A stretch of DNA of 64,000 bases from Calditrichales bacterium. GTDB taxonomy: Bacteria > Calditrichota > Calditrichia > Calditrichales > J004. The notes under the pieces were generated by a model. The model was not told the origin of the DNA. It ran no database searches and saw only the letters and a list, made by a program, of their open reading frames with translations. Shown piece by piece: positions 28,560 through 38,850 of this stretch. The position numbers and the translations under genes were made by a program. Each line of letters begins with the position of its first letter. Position 1 is the stretch's first letter. The stretch spans positions 3,712,001 to 3,776,000 of the forward strand of contig OZ254086.1 in the NCBI GenBank assembly GCA_965267575.1. The letters run 5' to 3'.

Positions 28560-28582
28560 ATTCCCCGCGTTCGCGGAATGAC
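28560..28582. repeat. Degenerate REP-like palindrome
   Basis: ATTCCCCGCG-TT-CGCGGAATGAC between convergent genes. Confidence 0.45.
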
Positions 28583-28640
28583 AATTAATGCCTCTTCTTG
28601 ACTTGGCAAAAGAAATGCAACATCGTATTCAACAACTCAA

Positions 28641-29069
28641 TCACTTATCCGAGTTGACGGCTTTTCCTTTTAAAATCTCTTCGATCTCTTCGCGGGAAAA
28701 ATGCTTTCCTTTACCAATGCCCGGACATTCCTGGCATGTCTGCGCCCAGCGCTTTTCTGATTTCATATTTTGTGGCCAGAAGGGGAAAGTACGGCATTGC
28801 AGTGGTCGTACCGGATAAATGCTGCATTTACCGTCTTCCAGAAAAATACATTGCGCGTTATCCTTATCGTTGAGACAGCGCTTTGTACCGTCCTCAACAA
28901 GATGGGTGTAGTTCGCCGTAAATTCTTCCGCGGTAATACCGAGATAACGACTGATGTGAAGAATATTTTTGTCGCTTACAAAAACGTAACCGCCGCCTAT
29001 TTCGCAACAGTTACTGCAGCCTTTTTGGCATTCAAAGCGGACCGGGGTTTGGATATTTATACGGGGCAT
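28641..29069 (-). CDS. YkgJ family cysteine-cluster (CxxCxxCC) protein
   Basis: CQKGCSNCC, CIFL, CSIYPVRPLQCRTFPFW, CPGIG. Confidence 0.88.
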   Translation of the reverse strand: MPRINIQTPVRFECQKGCSNCCEIGGGYVFVSDKNILHISRYLGITAEEFTANYTHLVEDGTKRCLNDKDNAQCIFLEDGKCSIYPVRPLQCRTFPFWPQNMKSEKRWAQTCQECPGIGKGKHFSREEIEEILKGKAVNSDK

Positions 29070-29072
29070 TGG

Positions 29073-29144
29073 TGTGTTAATGTGTTAATGTGTTAATGTG
29101 TTAATGTGTTAATGTGTTAATGTGTTAATGTGTTAATGTGTTAA
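29073..29144. repeat. Perfect tandem repeat (TGTGTTAA)x9
   Basis: Nine exact 8-bp units counted directly. Confidence 0.97.
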
Positions 29145-29276
29145 AATTTTGACTATCGTTTTAGTTGTCAAAATTAATTCAATAATTTACCAATTCACAA
29201 ATTCAATCTTCCATTGCTTGGCGCTATTGCCTGATAATCGTTAATTTAGAATTAATCATAAAAAAATTAAAGAACC

Positions 29277-30476
29277 ATGTCTGAACAACGCCTGATAATG
29301 CACCTTGATATGGATGCTTTCTTTGCCGCCGTTGAACAGAGGGACCGTCCCGAGCTGGCCGGCAAGGCCGTAATAGTAGGGGCTGACCCGCAAGGCGGCA
29401 AGGGACGCGGCGTCGTTTCCACTTGTTCGTACGAAGCACGAAAATTCGGCGTGCATTCGGCCATGCCCATCCAAACGGCCTACAAGCTCTGTCCGCATGG
29501 TATTTACGTCCCGCCCAACGGCAGACTGTATTCCAGGGTAAGTGCGAATATCTTTAAAATTCTTCATGAATTTACCGATTTGGTGGAGCCGCTTTCCATC
29601 GACGAGGCTTTTATGGATGTGACCGGCAGCGTGCGTCTGTTCGGTGGTGCCCGGCAGATCGCTTACAAGATGAAGGAACGCATTCGGCAGGAAGAAAATC
29701 TTACGGCCAGCATTGGAATCGCGCCCAATAAATATCTGGCCAAGATAGCCTCCGATCTGGAAAAACCCGACGGCCTGGTGGAGGTTCAGGCAGATAAAAT
29801 TGATCAATTTCTGGCGCCGCTTTCCGTAGAAAGATTGTGGGGCGCTGGCAAACAAACACAAAAACTGCTGCACACAATGGGTATCCACACCATTGGCGAT
29901 TTGATGCGCTTTCCCGAAAACGTGCTGGAGAAAAAAATGGGCAAAATGGGACGCCATTTTTACAACCTGGCCCACGGCATCGACGAACGGGCTGTTCAGA
30001 CGCATGAAACCGTAAAGTCCGTTAGCAACGAACATACGTTCGGCAAGGACCAGTCTGATAACGAATATGTGCGTAAAACCCTGGCGGCGCTGTGCGAGAA
30101 AGTGGCCTATCGTTTGCGCAAACAACGCCTGCGTGGCAAAACCGTCCACCTCAAGCTCAGGTATGATGATTTCAGCACGATTACGCGTAACAAAACATTG
30201 GCTAAATCCACCGACCAAACCGATCAGATACGAAAAACCGTTTTTGAATTGTTTGATTTTAATTATGAACGTGGTCGTCTTATCCGGCTGATCGGGGCGG
30301 GGGTAAGCGGCTTTGGCAAAAGCGACACAGGCCAGATCTCTCTTTTTGATGAACGCGACAAGAAACTTGAAGCGCTGGACAGCCTGGAAGATGCCATCAA
30401 AACACGCTTTGGGACACACTCTATTGGCCGCGCCGACAGCCTCGGCACGGTACGCCATTCCGACTTTGGGGAATAA
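29277..30476 (+). CDS. dinB: DNA polymerase IV
   Basis: HLDMDAFFAAVE, SYEARKFGV, SIDEAF, AKIASDLEKPDG. Confidence 0.96.
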   Translation: MSEQRLIMHLDMDAFFAAVEQRDRPELAGKAVIVGADPQGGKGRGVVSTCSYEARKFGVHSAMPIQTAYKLCPHGIYVPPNGRLYSRVSANIFKILHEFTDLVEPLSIDEAFMDVTGSVRLFGGARQIAYKMKERIRQEENLTASIGIAPNKYLAKIASDLEKPDGLVEVQADKIDQFLAPLSVERLWGAGKQTQKLLHTMGIHTIGDLMRFPENVLEKKMGKMGRHFYNLAHGIDERAVQTHETVKSVSNEHTFGKDQSDNEYVRKTLAALCEKVAYRLRKQRLRGKTVHLKLRYDDFSTITRNKTLAKSTDQTDQIRKTVFELFDFNYERGRLIRLIGAGVSGFGKSDTGQISLFDERDKKLEALDSLEDAIKTRFGTHSIGRADSLGTVRHSDFGE

Positions 30477-30480
30477 CTGC

Positions 30481-33435
30481 ATGCGCTTTCTGCTCACTTT
30501 TTTTCTTCTTTTTCCGCTGATTGTAAAACCGGCCGGTGACGGCTATTTCCAGCAACATGTATCCTATAGTATTGATGCCGAGCTGGACACGCGCGATAAG
30601 ACGATCTGTGCCGCGCAAAGTCTTGTATACACCAACAACTCACCCGACACGCTGGACCGTATTTACTTTCATCTCTATATGAATCGTTTCCGCGAAGGGG
30701 CGCAGACGGAGACAGGCCGGCCACGGCCAAGCACAAGCGCCTGGATTGAAATTGATTCGCTGAAGCTGGGCAACGAGGCAATTGATGATTATGAAATAAA
30801 TAGCACGCTCATGCGTCTGCCGCTTGATCACCCTCTTTTGCCGGGAGATTCACTGCGGCTTTCGTTCGACTACCGCCTTAAACTGCCTTATGCGGATTCG
30901 CGTTTTGGTCACGCCGGTGACCATTTTGATGTTGGCAACTGGTACATAACGCCTGTCGTTTATGACCGCGACGGCTGGCACCTTAATCAGCACGTGGAGA
31001 ACGAATTCTACCAGGAGTGGGGCGATTTTCGTGTTAACCTCACGGTGCCAAAGGGCTTCATTCTCGGCGCTACTGGAAAGCTACTGAACGAGGCTGAGGC
31101 CATGCAGGACACAGCGCGCTCGGTGCGCCGCATGCATCTCTATGAAGGGATAGACTCCATCCCGACAACCACCTGGCAGTTTGAAGCGCTCAATGTGCAC
31201 GATTTCGCGTGGACTGCCGATCCGGGCTATAAAATAATCGATTACCAGGTTGATTCCACCCGCGTCCGTTTCCTGGTTATGCCGGAGAATTGCCAGTCAT
31301 GGCGCGACAACAGCGATTTCGTTAAAGAATGCCTGCGCTTTTTTAACCGTGAATTTTCGCCCTACCCGTATGATGATCTCACAATTGCCGATACTTACAT
31401 AACCGCCGGCGGCATAGAATATCCGCAGATCGTTTTTATCAACACCTTTGCCGGACCGCGCTACGAGTTATCCTACTGGCGTGCCGTTGTGATCCACGAA
31501 ATAGCGCACCAATGGTTCTATGGTCTGCTGGCGTCCAATCAAAGCGAAGATGAATGGCTGGATGAAGGCTTTACCGCCTGGGCCGAAGTCATTGCCATGG
31601 AGCACATTTTTGGCAAGCATAACAACTACGCGCCGTCTGATTTTAACTGGCTTGTGCGAACGTTCGGCTTTGAGCGCGATGACCGGCAGGATATGATGCT
31701 GAACTACCTGGAATGGACAAAATCCGGCGGCGAGCAGGACCCAATTGATACAAACCCCGATTATTTCCGCAATGGAGTTTATATTTCGCAATACGATAAA
31801 ATGGCGCTTGTTCTGGAGATGCTCCGCGATGTGTTGGGCGACGAAAAGTTCAGCGCAGCAATGCGGGCGTATTGCCGCGAGTGGCAGTTCAGACACCCCA
31901 CAACACAGGACATGAAGCGCAGTTTTTCGAGGGCAACGGGGCAGGATCTGGATTGGTTCTGGGAGCAGTGGCTTCATTCCACCCGCCAACTGGATCTGGC
32001 CGTGGACGGCTTCAGCCATTTTCATAAAAACGATTCCCTTTTTGCCCGCATAAACCTGTCCGCGAAAGCCGACGCCTTTATGCCTTTTGATCTGTTACTG
32101 CGCGACAGCAGCGGTGATTCTCTTCTTTACCGGGTTAGCCACGATGTTTTTTCGCAACCGCGGCTGGATCGCGCATATCTGAAGCCCTGGCCATTCAACA
32201 GCCGCGAATACAGTGTTGATATCCCGCTGAGCAATCGACTCACTTCCGTTGAGATTGATCCCGGCGAAAAGCTGCTGGACGTGAACCGCCTCAACAACCT
32301 GAAAGGTGCTGTTCGCACTTATTTGTACACCATGAAACCACAATCTTACGCGCCGCCCACCGACGGCTATATGTGGGAATTGTGGCCCATTGTGTTCTAC
32401 AACGATATTGATAAGCTTAAAGCAGGTGCGGGGCTGTACGGCAACTACGTCAACAGCGACCACCTGATCCATCTGAAACTGTGGCTTAACAGCTATACCC
32501 AGAAAGCCGATTTTTATGCCGACTACCGCCACCCATTACGCTTTTTGTCGCATTCTTTACGTCAAACTATCAGCGGCTATAAACTGGAGGGGCACGCCGG
32601 CGCGAGCCTGTCATGGAGCTTCACAAGAGACGATGCTTCTTATTACAACCTTTTTCTGCGCCACCATTACCACTCCGATCCCCGATATCCTGCATCCGCC
32701 TGGGCAAGAGGTACATTTAACAAGATTGGCTTGGAATACAGCCGTGTCAGCAGTCCGCAGGATAACCGCCAAAGTACACGTTTTGACGCGATTATGGAAA
32801 ACAGCCTCGCCGGCAGCAAAAGTCACTTTTCAAAGCTGCAGTTAAAATACAGGCACACCTTTTATTCGGAGTTCTGGGACTACAGCTTGTCGCTTTCCGC
32901 GCGTTTTGGCATTTCCTCCACAACAACGCCTTTGCAGGAACGCTTTAATCTGGCGGGCGCCAACGGCATGGAAGAATTCGAACACCCGTTATACCGCAGC
33001 AAAGGTACGTTGCCTGTTCATTTTGAACGGGATGGAAATTTTTACATTCCGGACGGGGCAGGGGTGCGCGGAGCATCTTTTGGCGGAAATGCCCTGAATG
33101 TAAATATGGCGGCCGTAAACCTGGACTGGCAATTTCCAAGTCCGCTTGCTGTTTTGCCCTGGCGCCTGTTTAATAAGTTTGATACCGGCCTTTTTGCCGA
33201 CGCCGGAACAGCTTACAACGGGGAAATGCCCGGACTGTCCGCCTGGCAGCGTTCCGTTGGCATAAGCGTTTCCTACAACCAGTTCGGCGTTTTGCGGGAA
33301 ATAAGCGGTCTGGATTTAATCAGGATGGATTTTCCGCTGTGGCTGGAGCACTCCGCCAACTCCACGGAAAAACGCTGGCAGTGGCGCTGGCTGTTATATA
33401 TCGGGCTGGACATTGGTCGCAGCCCTTTTTTCTAG
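30481..33435 (+). CDS. M1 family aminopeptidase with C-terminal beta-barrel-like region
   Basis: Signal peptide at MRFLL; GGIEYP, HEIAHQW...WLDEG; aromatic amphipathic strands ending in Phe. Confidence 0.85.
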   Translation: MRFLLTFFLLFPLIVKPAGDGYFQQHVSYSIDAELDTRDKTICAAQSLVYTNNSPDTLDRIYFHLYMNRFREGAQTETGRPRPSTSAWIEIDSLKLGNEAIDDYEINSTLMRLPLDHPLLPGDSLRLSFDYRLKLPYADSRFGHAGDHFDVGNWYITPVVYDRDGWHLNQHVENEFYQEWGDFRVNLTVPKGFILGATGKLLNEAEAMQDTARSVRRMHLYEGIDSIPTTTWQFEALNVHDFAWTADPGYKIIDYQVDSTRVRFLVMPENCQSWRDNSDFVKECLRFFNREFSPYPYDDLTIADTYITAGGIEYPQIVFINTFAGPRYELSYWRAVVIHEIAHQWFYGLLASNQSEDEWLDEGFTAWAEVIAMEHIFGKHNNYAPSDFNWLVRTFGFERDDRQDMMLNYLEWTKSGGEQDPIDTNPDYFRNGVYISQYDKMALVLEMLRDVLGDEKFSAAMRAYCREWQFRHPTTQDMKRSFSRATGQDLDWFWEQWLHSTRQLDLAVDGFSHFHKNDSLFARINLSAKADAFMPFDLLLRDSSGDSLLYRVSHDVFSQPRLDRAYLKPWPFNSREYSVDIPLSNRLTSVEIDPGEKLLDVNRLNNLKGAVRTYLYTMKPQSYAPPTDGYMWELWPIVFYNDIDKLKAGAGLYGNYVNSDHLIHLKLWLNSYTQKADFYADYRHPLRFLSHSLRQTISGYKLEGHAGASLSWSFTRDDASYYNLFLRHHYHSDPRYPASAWARGTFNKIGLEYSRVSSPQDNRQSTRFDAIMENSLAGSKSHFSKLQLKYRHTFYSEFWDYSLSLSARFGISSTTTPLQERFNLAGANGMEEFEHPLYRSKGTLPVHFERDGNFYIPDGAGVRGASFGGNALNVNMAAVNLDWQFPSPLAVLPWRLFNKFDTGLFADAGTAYNGEMPGLSAWQRSVGISVSYNQFGVLREISGLDLIRMDFPLWLEHSANSTEKRWQWRWLLYIGLDIGRSPFF

Positions 33436-33437
33436 GC

Positions 33438-34388
33438 TTACAGCTTCAGTTTTTTCATCAGGGAGCGGATTGCCTTTGAGTTTTGCATCACGTAAAAGTG
33501 TATTGAGGGCACATCCTTATTTAAAAGCTCTTCAGATTGCTTCAACGCCCACTCGACACCTATTTCCGCCACGTGCTCATCTTTGGCGGCATCCACTTCT
33601 TCTGTTAGCTCCGCGGGCAGATCTATATAAAAATTGCGCGGCAGGCTTTGCAGATTGCTTTTACGGGTGATAATCTTTAATCCCGGTAAGATAGGCACGG
33701 TAATGCCGGCCGCCCGGCAGGCATCCACGAAGGCAAAGTATTTGCTGTTGTCGAAAAACATTTGCGTTACAATGTACGATGCACCTGCTTCGGCCTTTTT
33801 CTTCAGATAATTGATATCCAGATTAAGGTTTGGCGCCTCGAAATGCTTTTCCGGGTAACCGCCCACACCGATGCAGAAATCAGAAGGCTTGGCGTCCAGC
33901 AGATTCTCTTCCAGATAATTGCCGCGGTTCATATCGGCAACCTGCCTTACAAGGTCGATGGCATATTCGTTGGCGCTGCGTCCGTCCCTTAGGGGCTTCT
34001 GATAGCCGCTGTCATCACCGCGCACGGCAAGCACATTCTCAATTTCCAGATACTGCAGGTCAATCAGGAAATCTTCTGTCTCTTCGCGCGTAAAGCCGCG
34101 GCAGAGGATATGCGGCACGGCGTCGATGTTATACTTTTTCTGGATCAGCGCGCAGATGCCGATGGTGCCCGGTCGTTTGCGCTTTACCTTTTTGCGGATG
34201 CCCTGAGGCGTTTCCTCATAATAGACTTCCGCGGCGTGGCTTGTAATGTCGATGAAGGGCGGGTTATATTTGGCCAGGTCATCAACAAGCTGCAGCAGGC
34301 TTTTAATATCACCACCGCGGCGCGGGGGAATAATTTCAAAACTGATCAGGGGTGAACTGGCGCGTTCAAGATGTTCTATTACTTTCAT
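33438..34388 (-). CDS. metF: 5,10-methylenetetrahydrofolate reductase
   Basis: SFEIIPP, LAVRGD, GYPEKH, VTQMFFDN, IHFY. Confidence 0.93.
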   Translation of the reverse strand: MKVIEHLERASSPLISFEIIPPRRGGDIKSLLQLVDDLAKYNPPFIDITSHAAEVYYEETPQGIRKKVKRKRPGTIGICALIQKKYNIDAVPHILCRGFTREETEDFLIDLQYLEIENVLAVRGDDSGYQKPLRDGRSANEYAIDLVRQVADMNRGNYLEENLLDAKPSDFCIGVGGYPEKHFEAPNLNLDINYLKKKAEAGASYIVTQMFFDNSKYFAFVDACRAAGITVPILPGLKIITRKSNLQSLPRNFYIDLPAELTEEVDAAKDEHVAEIGVEWALKQSEELLNKDVPSIHFYVMQNSKAIRSLMKKLKL

Positions 34389-34567
34389 TACAACCTGTCT
34401 TTGTAAAAATTATTAAGATAACCAAAATTTATCTTATAAAAAAACCGAAATAGCTCTGCAAATCCTTACAAATTTAAAGAATAGGCGAATTTTTGCGAAT
34501 GTTTACGAGCATCATACCGTGCTTCTTTTGTACATTAAAAATTCATTTGTAAAACGGAGAATATTTT

Positions 34568-35602
34568 ATGGCTAAAAACGAGCAAAAAAAGGAAACATAT
34601 AAAATCACATTATTGCCGGGAGATGGCATCGGACCGGAAGTGACCTCAGCGGCACGCAAGGTTATCGCGGCGGCCGGTGTCGTCATCGACTGGGAAATTA
34701 TGGATGCCGGTGCAGGCGCCGTAGAAAAGTACAATACCACGCTTCCCGATGAAACAGTCGAAAGTATACGTAAAAACAAGATCGCTTTGAAGGGGCCGCT
34801 TACAACCCCTATTGGCGGCGGTTTTGCGTCCGTAAACGTGCAGTTGCGCAAAACGCTGGATCTTTATTCCAACGTGCGTCCCGTGCGCTCTTCGATGGGG
34901 CTTTCGTTCCATCACAATCCCGTGGACCTGGTCATTTTTCGTGAAAACACGGAAGACCTGTACGCCGGCTTGGAATATGAGATCGCGCCCGGCGTAACCC
35001 AAAGTCTGAAAATTATAACCGAAAAAGCCTCCAAACGTATAGCCCGCGCGGCTTTTGAATGGGCCCACAAAAATAACCGTCACCTGGTGCATGCTGTTCA
35101 CAAGGCAAATATTATGAAAAAAAGTGACGGTCTTTTTCTGGAGAGCGTAAGAAAGGTCGCCGCTGATTACCCCAACATCACCTATAAAGAAATTATTGTG
35201 GATAATTGCGCTATGCAGATGGTGATGCACCCGGAACAGTTTGATGTCGTCGTTCTGGGCAATCTCTACGGGGACATTATCTCGGACCTCGCGGCCGGCC
35301 TGGTAGGTGGATTGGGCGTCGTGCCCGGCGCCAACATCGGCGATGAGGTTGCCGTTTTTGAATCGGTACACGGCAGCGCGCCGGACATAGCAGGGAAAGG
35401 CGTCGCCAATCCGTTGGCTACAATCCTTTCGGCAAACATGATGCTGCGGTATATGGGACTTGAAAAAGAGGCTGACCGTATCCGCGCGGCCACGGTTCTG
35501 TTCCTTTCCGAGAAAAAACACCTGACACCGGACCTGGGCGGCAACGCGACCACCGACGAAATGGTGGAAGGGTTGATAGAAAAAATAAAGCTTCTGCGAT
35601 AA
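34568..35602 (+). CDS. icd: Isocitrate/isopropylmalate dehydrogenase family, probably NAD-dependent isocitrate dehydrogenase
   Basis: GDGIGPE, SVNVQLRK, RENTEDLY, HKANIMK, NLYGDIISD, HGSAPDIAG. Confidence 0.8.
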   Translation: MAKNEQKKETYKITLLPGDGIGPEVTSAARKVIAAAGVVIDWEIMDAGAGAVEKYNTTLPDETVESIRKNKIALKGPLTTPIGGGFASVNVQLRKTLDLYSNVRPVRSSMGLSFHHNPVDLVIFRENTEDLYAGLEYEIAPGVTQSLKIITEKASKRIARAAFEWAHKNNRHLVHAVHKANIMKKSDGLFLESVRKVAADYPNITYKEIIVDNCAMQMVMHPEQFDVVVLGNLYGDIISDLAAGLVGGLGVVPGANIGDEVAVFESVHGSAPDIAGKGVANPLATILSANMMLRYMGLEKEADRIRAATVLFLSEKKHLTPDLGGNATTDEMVEGLIEKIKLLR

Positions 35603-35624
35603 ACAAAAATTTACAGGAACAAGG

Positions 35625-36791
35625 ATGATTCGTTATCTGACCGCCGGGGAATCACACGGACCCGGCTTAACGGCCATTGTGGAAGGCTTACCCGCAAATG
35701 TGCCTCTCGAAATTGAGCGCATAAACCACGAACTGCACCGCCGTCAGCAAGGCTACGGCCGGGGACGGCGCCAGCAAATTGAGAAAGACCGCATCGAAAT
35801 TCTAGGTGGTGTCCGTTTTCGCAAAACCCTGGGCAGCCCGGTAAGCTTTCTGCTTCGCAACCGTGACTGGAAAAACTGGACCGAGATTATGGCTATCGAG
35901 GATGGCGTGCCCAAGAAAGAGGTTACCAAACCGCGTCCGGGACATGCCGATCTTTCCGGTGCGCTAAAGTACGATTTTGAAGATATGCGCAATGTCCTGG
36001 AGCGCTCCAGCGCCAGGGAAACGGCCATGCGCGTTGCCGCCGGCGCTTTTGTCCGCGAGCTTCTTTATGCCTTTAACATCCGCATATTTTCACATGTTGT
36101 GGAACTGGGTCCGGTTCGCGCAAACCGTGACAAAGCAAAAGATGTGCTGATCACCGATGATATCAACGAAGTTGCCGACGCCTCCCCCGTGCGCTGCCTT
36201 GACAAAATAGCCGAAAAAGAGATCATCGCAACGATCGACAAAGCCAAGAAAGACGGTGATACGCTCGGGGGCATTATCGAAGTGATCATTCGCGGAGTAC
36301 CCCCCGGTCTTGGCAGCTACGTTCAATGGGACCGCAAACTGGACGGGCAGCTGGCCCAGGCGCTCATTTCGATCCAGGCGGTTAAAGGTGTGGAGTTTGG
36401 TCTCGGTTTTAATACGGCGCGCACAGCCGGTTCATCCGCCCATGATGAGATTTTCTGGGAAAAAGGGCGGGGCTTCTATCACAAGACAAATAACGCGGGC
36501 GGTATTGAAGGCGGCATGTCCACCGGTGAGGATATCATTATCCGGATGGCCAAAAAGCCGATCCCTACTTTGATGAAGCCGTTACACAGCGTGGACATAA
36601 AAACCAAAGAGAGCTACAAGGCCCACATCGAACGCAGCGATGTAACCGCCGTACCTGCCTGCGCGGTCATCGCCGAAGCTGTTGTGGCGCCGGTTATTGC
36701 CAACGCCTTCTTGGAAAAATTTGGTGGTGATACACTGGAAGATATAAGGAAGAATTACGAATCGTATCTTGATCGCTTAAAAAATAGCTGA
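35625..36791 (+). CDS. aroC: Chorismate synthase
   Basis: TAGESHG, PRPGHAD, ERSSARETA, GGIEGGMS. Confidence 0.97.
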   Translation: MIRYLTAGESHGPGLTAIVEGLPANVPLEIERINHELHRRQQGYGRGRRQQIEKDRIEILGGVRFRKTLGSPVSFLLRNRDWKNWTEIMAIEDGVPKKEVTKPRPGHADLSGALKYDFEDMRNVLERSSARETAMRVAAGAFVRELLYAFNIRIFSHVVELGPVRANRDKAKDVLITDDINEVADASPVRCLDKIAEKEIIATIDKAKKDGDTLGGIIEVIIRGVPPGLGSYVQWDRKLDGQLAQALISIQAVKGVEFGLGFNTARTAGSSAHDEIFWEKGRGFYHKTNNAGGIEGGMSTGEDIIIRMAKKPIPTLMKPLHSVDIKTKESYKAHIERSDVTAVPACAVIAEAVVAPVIANAFLEKFGGDTLEDIRKNYESYLDRLKNS

Positions 36792-36795
36792 TAAA

Positions 36796-36824
36796 AAAAC
36801 AGCCGCGATATCAGCGGCTGTTTT
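36796..36824. terminator. Bidirectional terminator overlapping the TPR gene stop
   Basis: AAAACAGCCGC-N7-GCGGCTGTTTT. Confidence 0.8.
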
Positions 36825-38625
36825 CAATGCGTGCGAGAAGTTGCTTGGCTTCCGCATTTCCCGGGTTCCGGGATAAAATATTTCTCAGAATATTCGCTGC
36901 TTTGCCGTTTTGCCCCTGCGCTCTGAATACCTTTGCCAGCACCAGGTTCGATGTGGGATCATTGGGATTGCGACGGATTTTCTCATCCAGGTCGGCCATA
37001 AAAATATCCAGAACGTTACGGTATTGGTGCTCCGGACCCAACGTGGGCTGGCGGACAAAAATGGCAGGCTCCAGGTAAAACACTTTTTTATATTGTTCGA
37101 TCGCATCCTGCAGGCGGCCGGTTTTTTCGTACACTTCTGCCAGCTTCATGTGGGCGCGAATCAATTTGGGCTCAATGATGATCGTTGCTTTAAAATAGCG
37201 CTCCGCCTGGTCCAGCTTGCCCATTTCAAGATAAGTGAGCGCCAGGTTAAATGTGGCCTGCATAAAACCGGGACGCGCCTGTGATGCTTTGGTAAAGGCA
37301 TCCACCATGTCTTCGTAAACTGTGCGCCTCTTGATAGGGTCTATCGCCGAAGACTTATCAAATTTCTTTTCAACAACTGCTTCACGGCCGCTGTTATCTT
37401 CTTCAAGCAGATCAAGAAACGCTTCTACCAGTTCTTCCAGAACAGCCTGTTTATAAATTGTAACACCTTTCATAAAGTGCGCTACGGCGTTGTTCGGGTC
37501 CATGCGCAAGATCGTTTCAAACTCATTGAGCGCGTTGTAATAGATATTACTGCGGTAGTAGATCTCGCCTAATGTTTGGTGATAGCGGACGTTTTCCGGG
37601 TCAAGCTCAACGGCCCGGCGGTAATTATTGATCGATCCCCGAATATTATTCTGGGCAACAATCAGATTGCCCATTTCAAAATGAAAAGGAGCGTAATCGG
37701 GGTTTATGGCCAGACCTTCATCCAGGTAGCGCTGTGCTTCCCGCAGGTCGTTTTGCCGTATGCTGATCTTACCTAAATAATAATAGGGCTTATAGTCATT
37801 GGGATTCAGCTCAATCACTTTCTTAAAATCTTCAATGGCCTGATCGTATCGTTTTTGTTTTTCAAAGATCAAACCGCGGCCGTAATAGGGCTTATCGAAG
37901 TTGGGCAGGGCGCGGATGATGCGGTTGAATTGATCAAGTGATTGATCATACTGGCCGGTATTAAAATAGACGATGCCCAGGTTATAATAGGCCTCCCAAA
38001 AATCGCTGTCTTCGCTTATGGCCTGGCGGAAAAGGGTAATAACCAGGTTTTCATTGGGGTTAGGCCGATTGTTTTCTATGTAAGCTTTAATAAAACTTTC
38101 GAAAGCGCGCGGACTGTCAGTCAGTGTGCGGCCCAGCATGCGTCTTTCTGCGCCCGAAACGGGTACACCGGCGATGAGGATAAGCTGATCAACAATCTGG
38201 CTGGCTACGTCGTTAAGAGAGGAATTGCTTGCGCTGATATTCTCACTAAAAATCATCCGTCCGTTTGCCGTGTTGTGATAATATATGCTGAAGTTCAGTT
38301 GTTGCGCGTTGCCGCTGTAGTTCCCGGAGACGGTCACATCAGCACCGGAGATACGGCCAAGCTGACTGGCATTGCGCTCATCCAGAACACCGGGCCGGAC
38401 ACCAAGTTCATCCATCACACGCGCGATAGCCTGCCGCTCTACCGGCTGAAAACCGGAGAGAACGGAAAGCTTATTGGAAGTAAGATACTCCACCCCGCTG
38501 GCAACCCAGCTGAGATCTCCGCCCGCGTTATTCTCCAGGGGCAGCAAGGCTACTTTTCGCTTGTCCTGGGCAAAATGGAAGGATATTGTTAATAATACGA
38601 AAATAGAAATGAGTTTAATTTTCAT
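36811..38625 (-). CDS. Secreted TPR protein with N-terminal TolB/CsgG-like domain
   Basis: Signal peptide at MKIKL; VALLPLEN; many TPR repeats (AYYNLG, YYGRG). Confidence 0.8.
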   Translation of the reverse strand: MKIKLISIFVLLTISFHFAQDKRKVALLPLENNAGGDLSWVASGVEYLTSNKLSVLSGFQPVERQAIARVMDELGVRPGVLDERNASQLGRISGADVTVSGNYSGNAQQLNFSIYYHNTANGRMIFSENISASNSSLNDVASQIVDQLILIAGVPVSGAERRMLGRTLTDSPRAFESFIKAYIENNRPNPNENLVITLFRQAISEDSDFWEAYYNLGIVYFNTGQYDQSLDQFNRIIRALPNFDKPYYGRGLIFEKQKRYDQAIEDFKKVIELNPNDYKPYYYLGKISIRQNDLREAQRYLDEGLAINPDYAPFHFEMGNLIVAQNNIRGSINNYRRAVELDPENVRYHQTLGEIYYRSNIYYNALNEFETILRMDPNNAVAHFMKGVTIYKQAVLEELVEAFLDLLEEDNSGREAVVEKKFDKSSAIDPIKRRTVYEDMVDAFTKASQARPGFMQATFNLALTYLEMGKLDQAERYFKATIIIEPKLIRAHMKLAEVYEKTGRLQDAIEQYKKVFYLEPAIFVRQPTLGPEHQYRNVLDIFMADLDEKIRRNPNDPTSNLVLAKVFRAQGQNGKAANILRNILSRNPGNAEAKQLLARIENSR

Positions 38626-38850
38626 TCTGCGTTCCGCTATTGCACCTATTATTATTTGCTTACTGATTCGGATTTCCAGGACCAATGCTTAAAATTTTTA
38701 ACATAGTTAAAGCATATCGGTCGGTCTTTTTGCGACGAGCCAAAATAATAAAAAGCCTCTTTTTAACAAAGCTTAACTTTTCATTAGATAAAAAATTGTC
38801 GCTGTCATCACATCGGATCGCCGGCTTTGAATTTTTGATGACATTGCGGG

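Noticed and set aside
29073..29144. Repeat array as a possible CRISPR
   Set aside because: 8-bp units without spacers and no cas genes
30313..30480. N-terminal extension of the M1 peptidase overlapping dinB
   Set aside because: The signal peptide begins at ATG 30481; the extension is an ORF-calling artefact (similar over-extensions were corrected for hutH, pyk, thiolase, permease, TPR and CBS)
29256..30497. 413-aa ORF antisense to dinB
   Set aside because: Mirrors dinB almost exactly with no recognisable motif; typical antisense shadow ORF
34389..34567. SAM riboswitch upstream of metF
   Set aside because: AT-rich spacer with no S-box or SAM-II consensus recognisable
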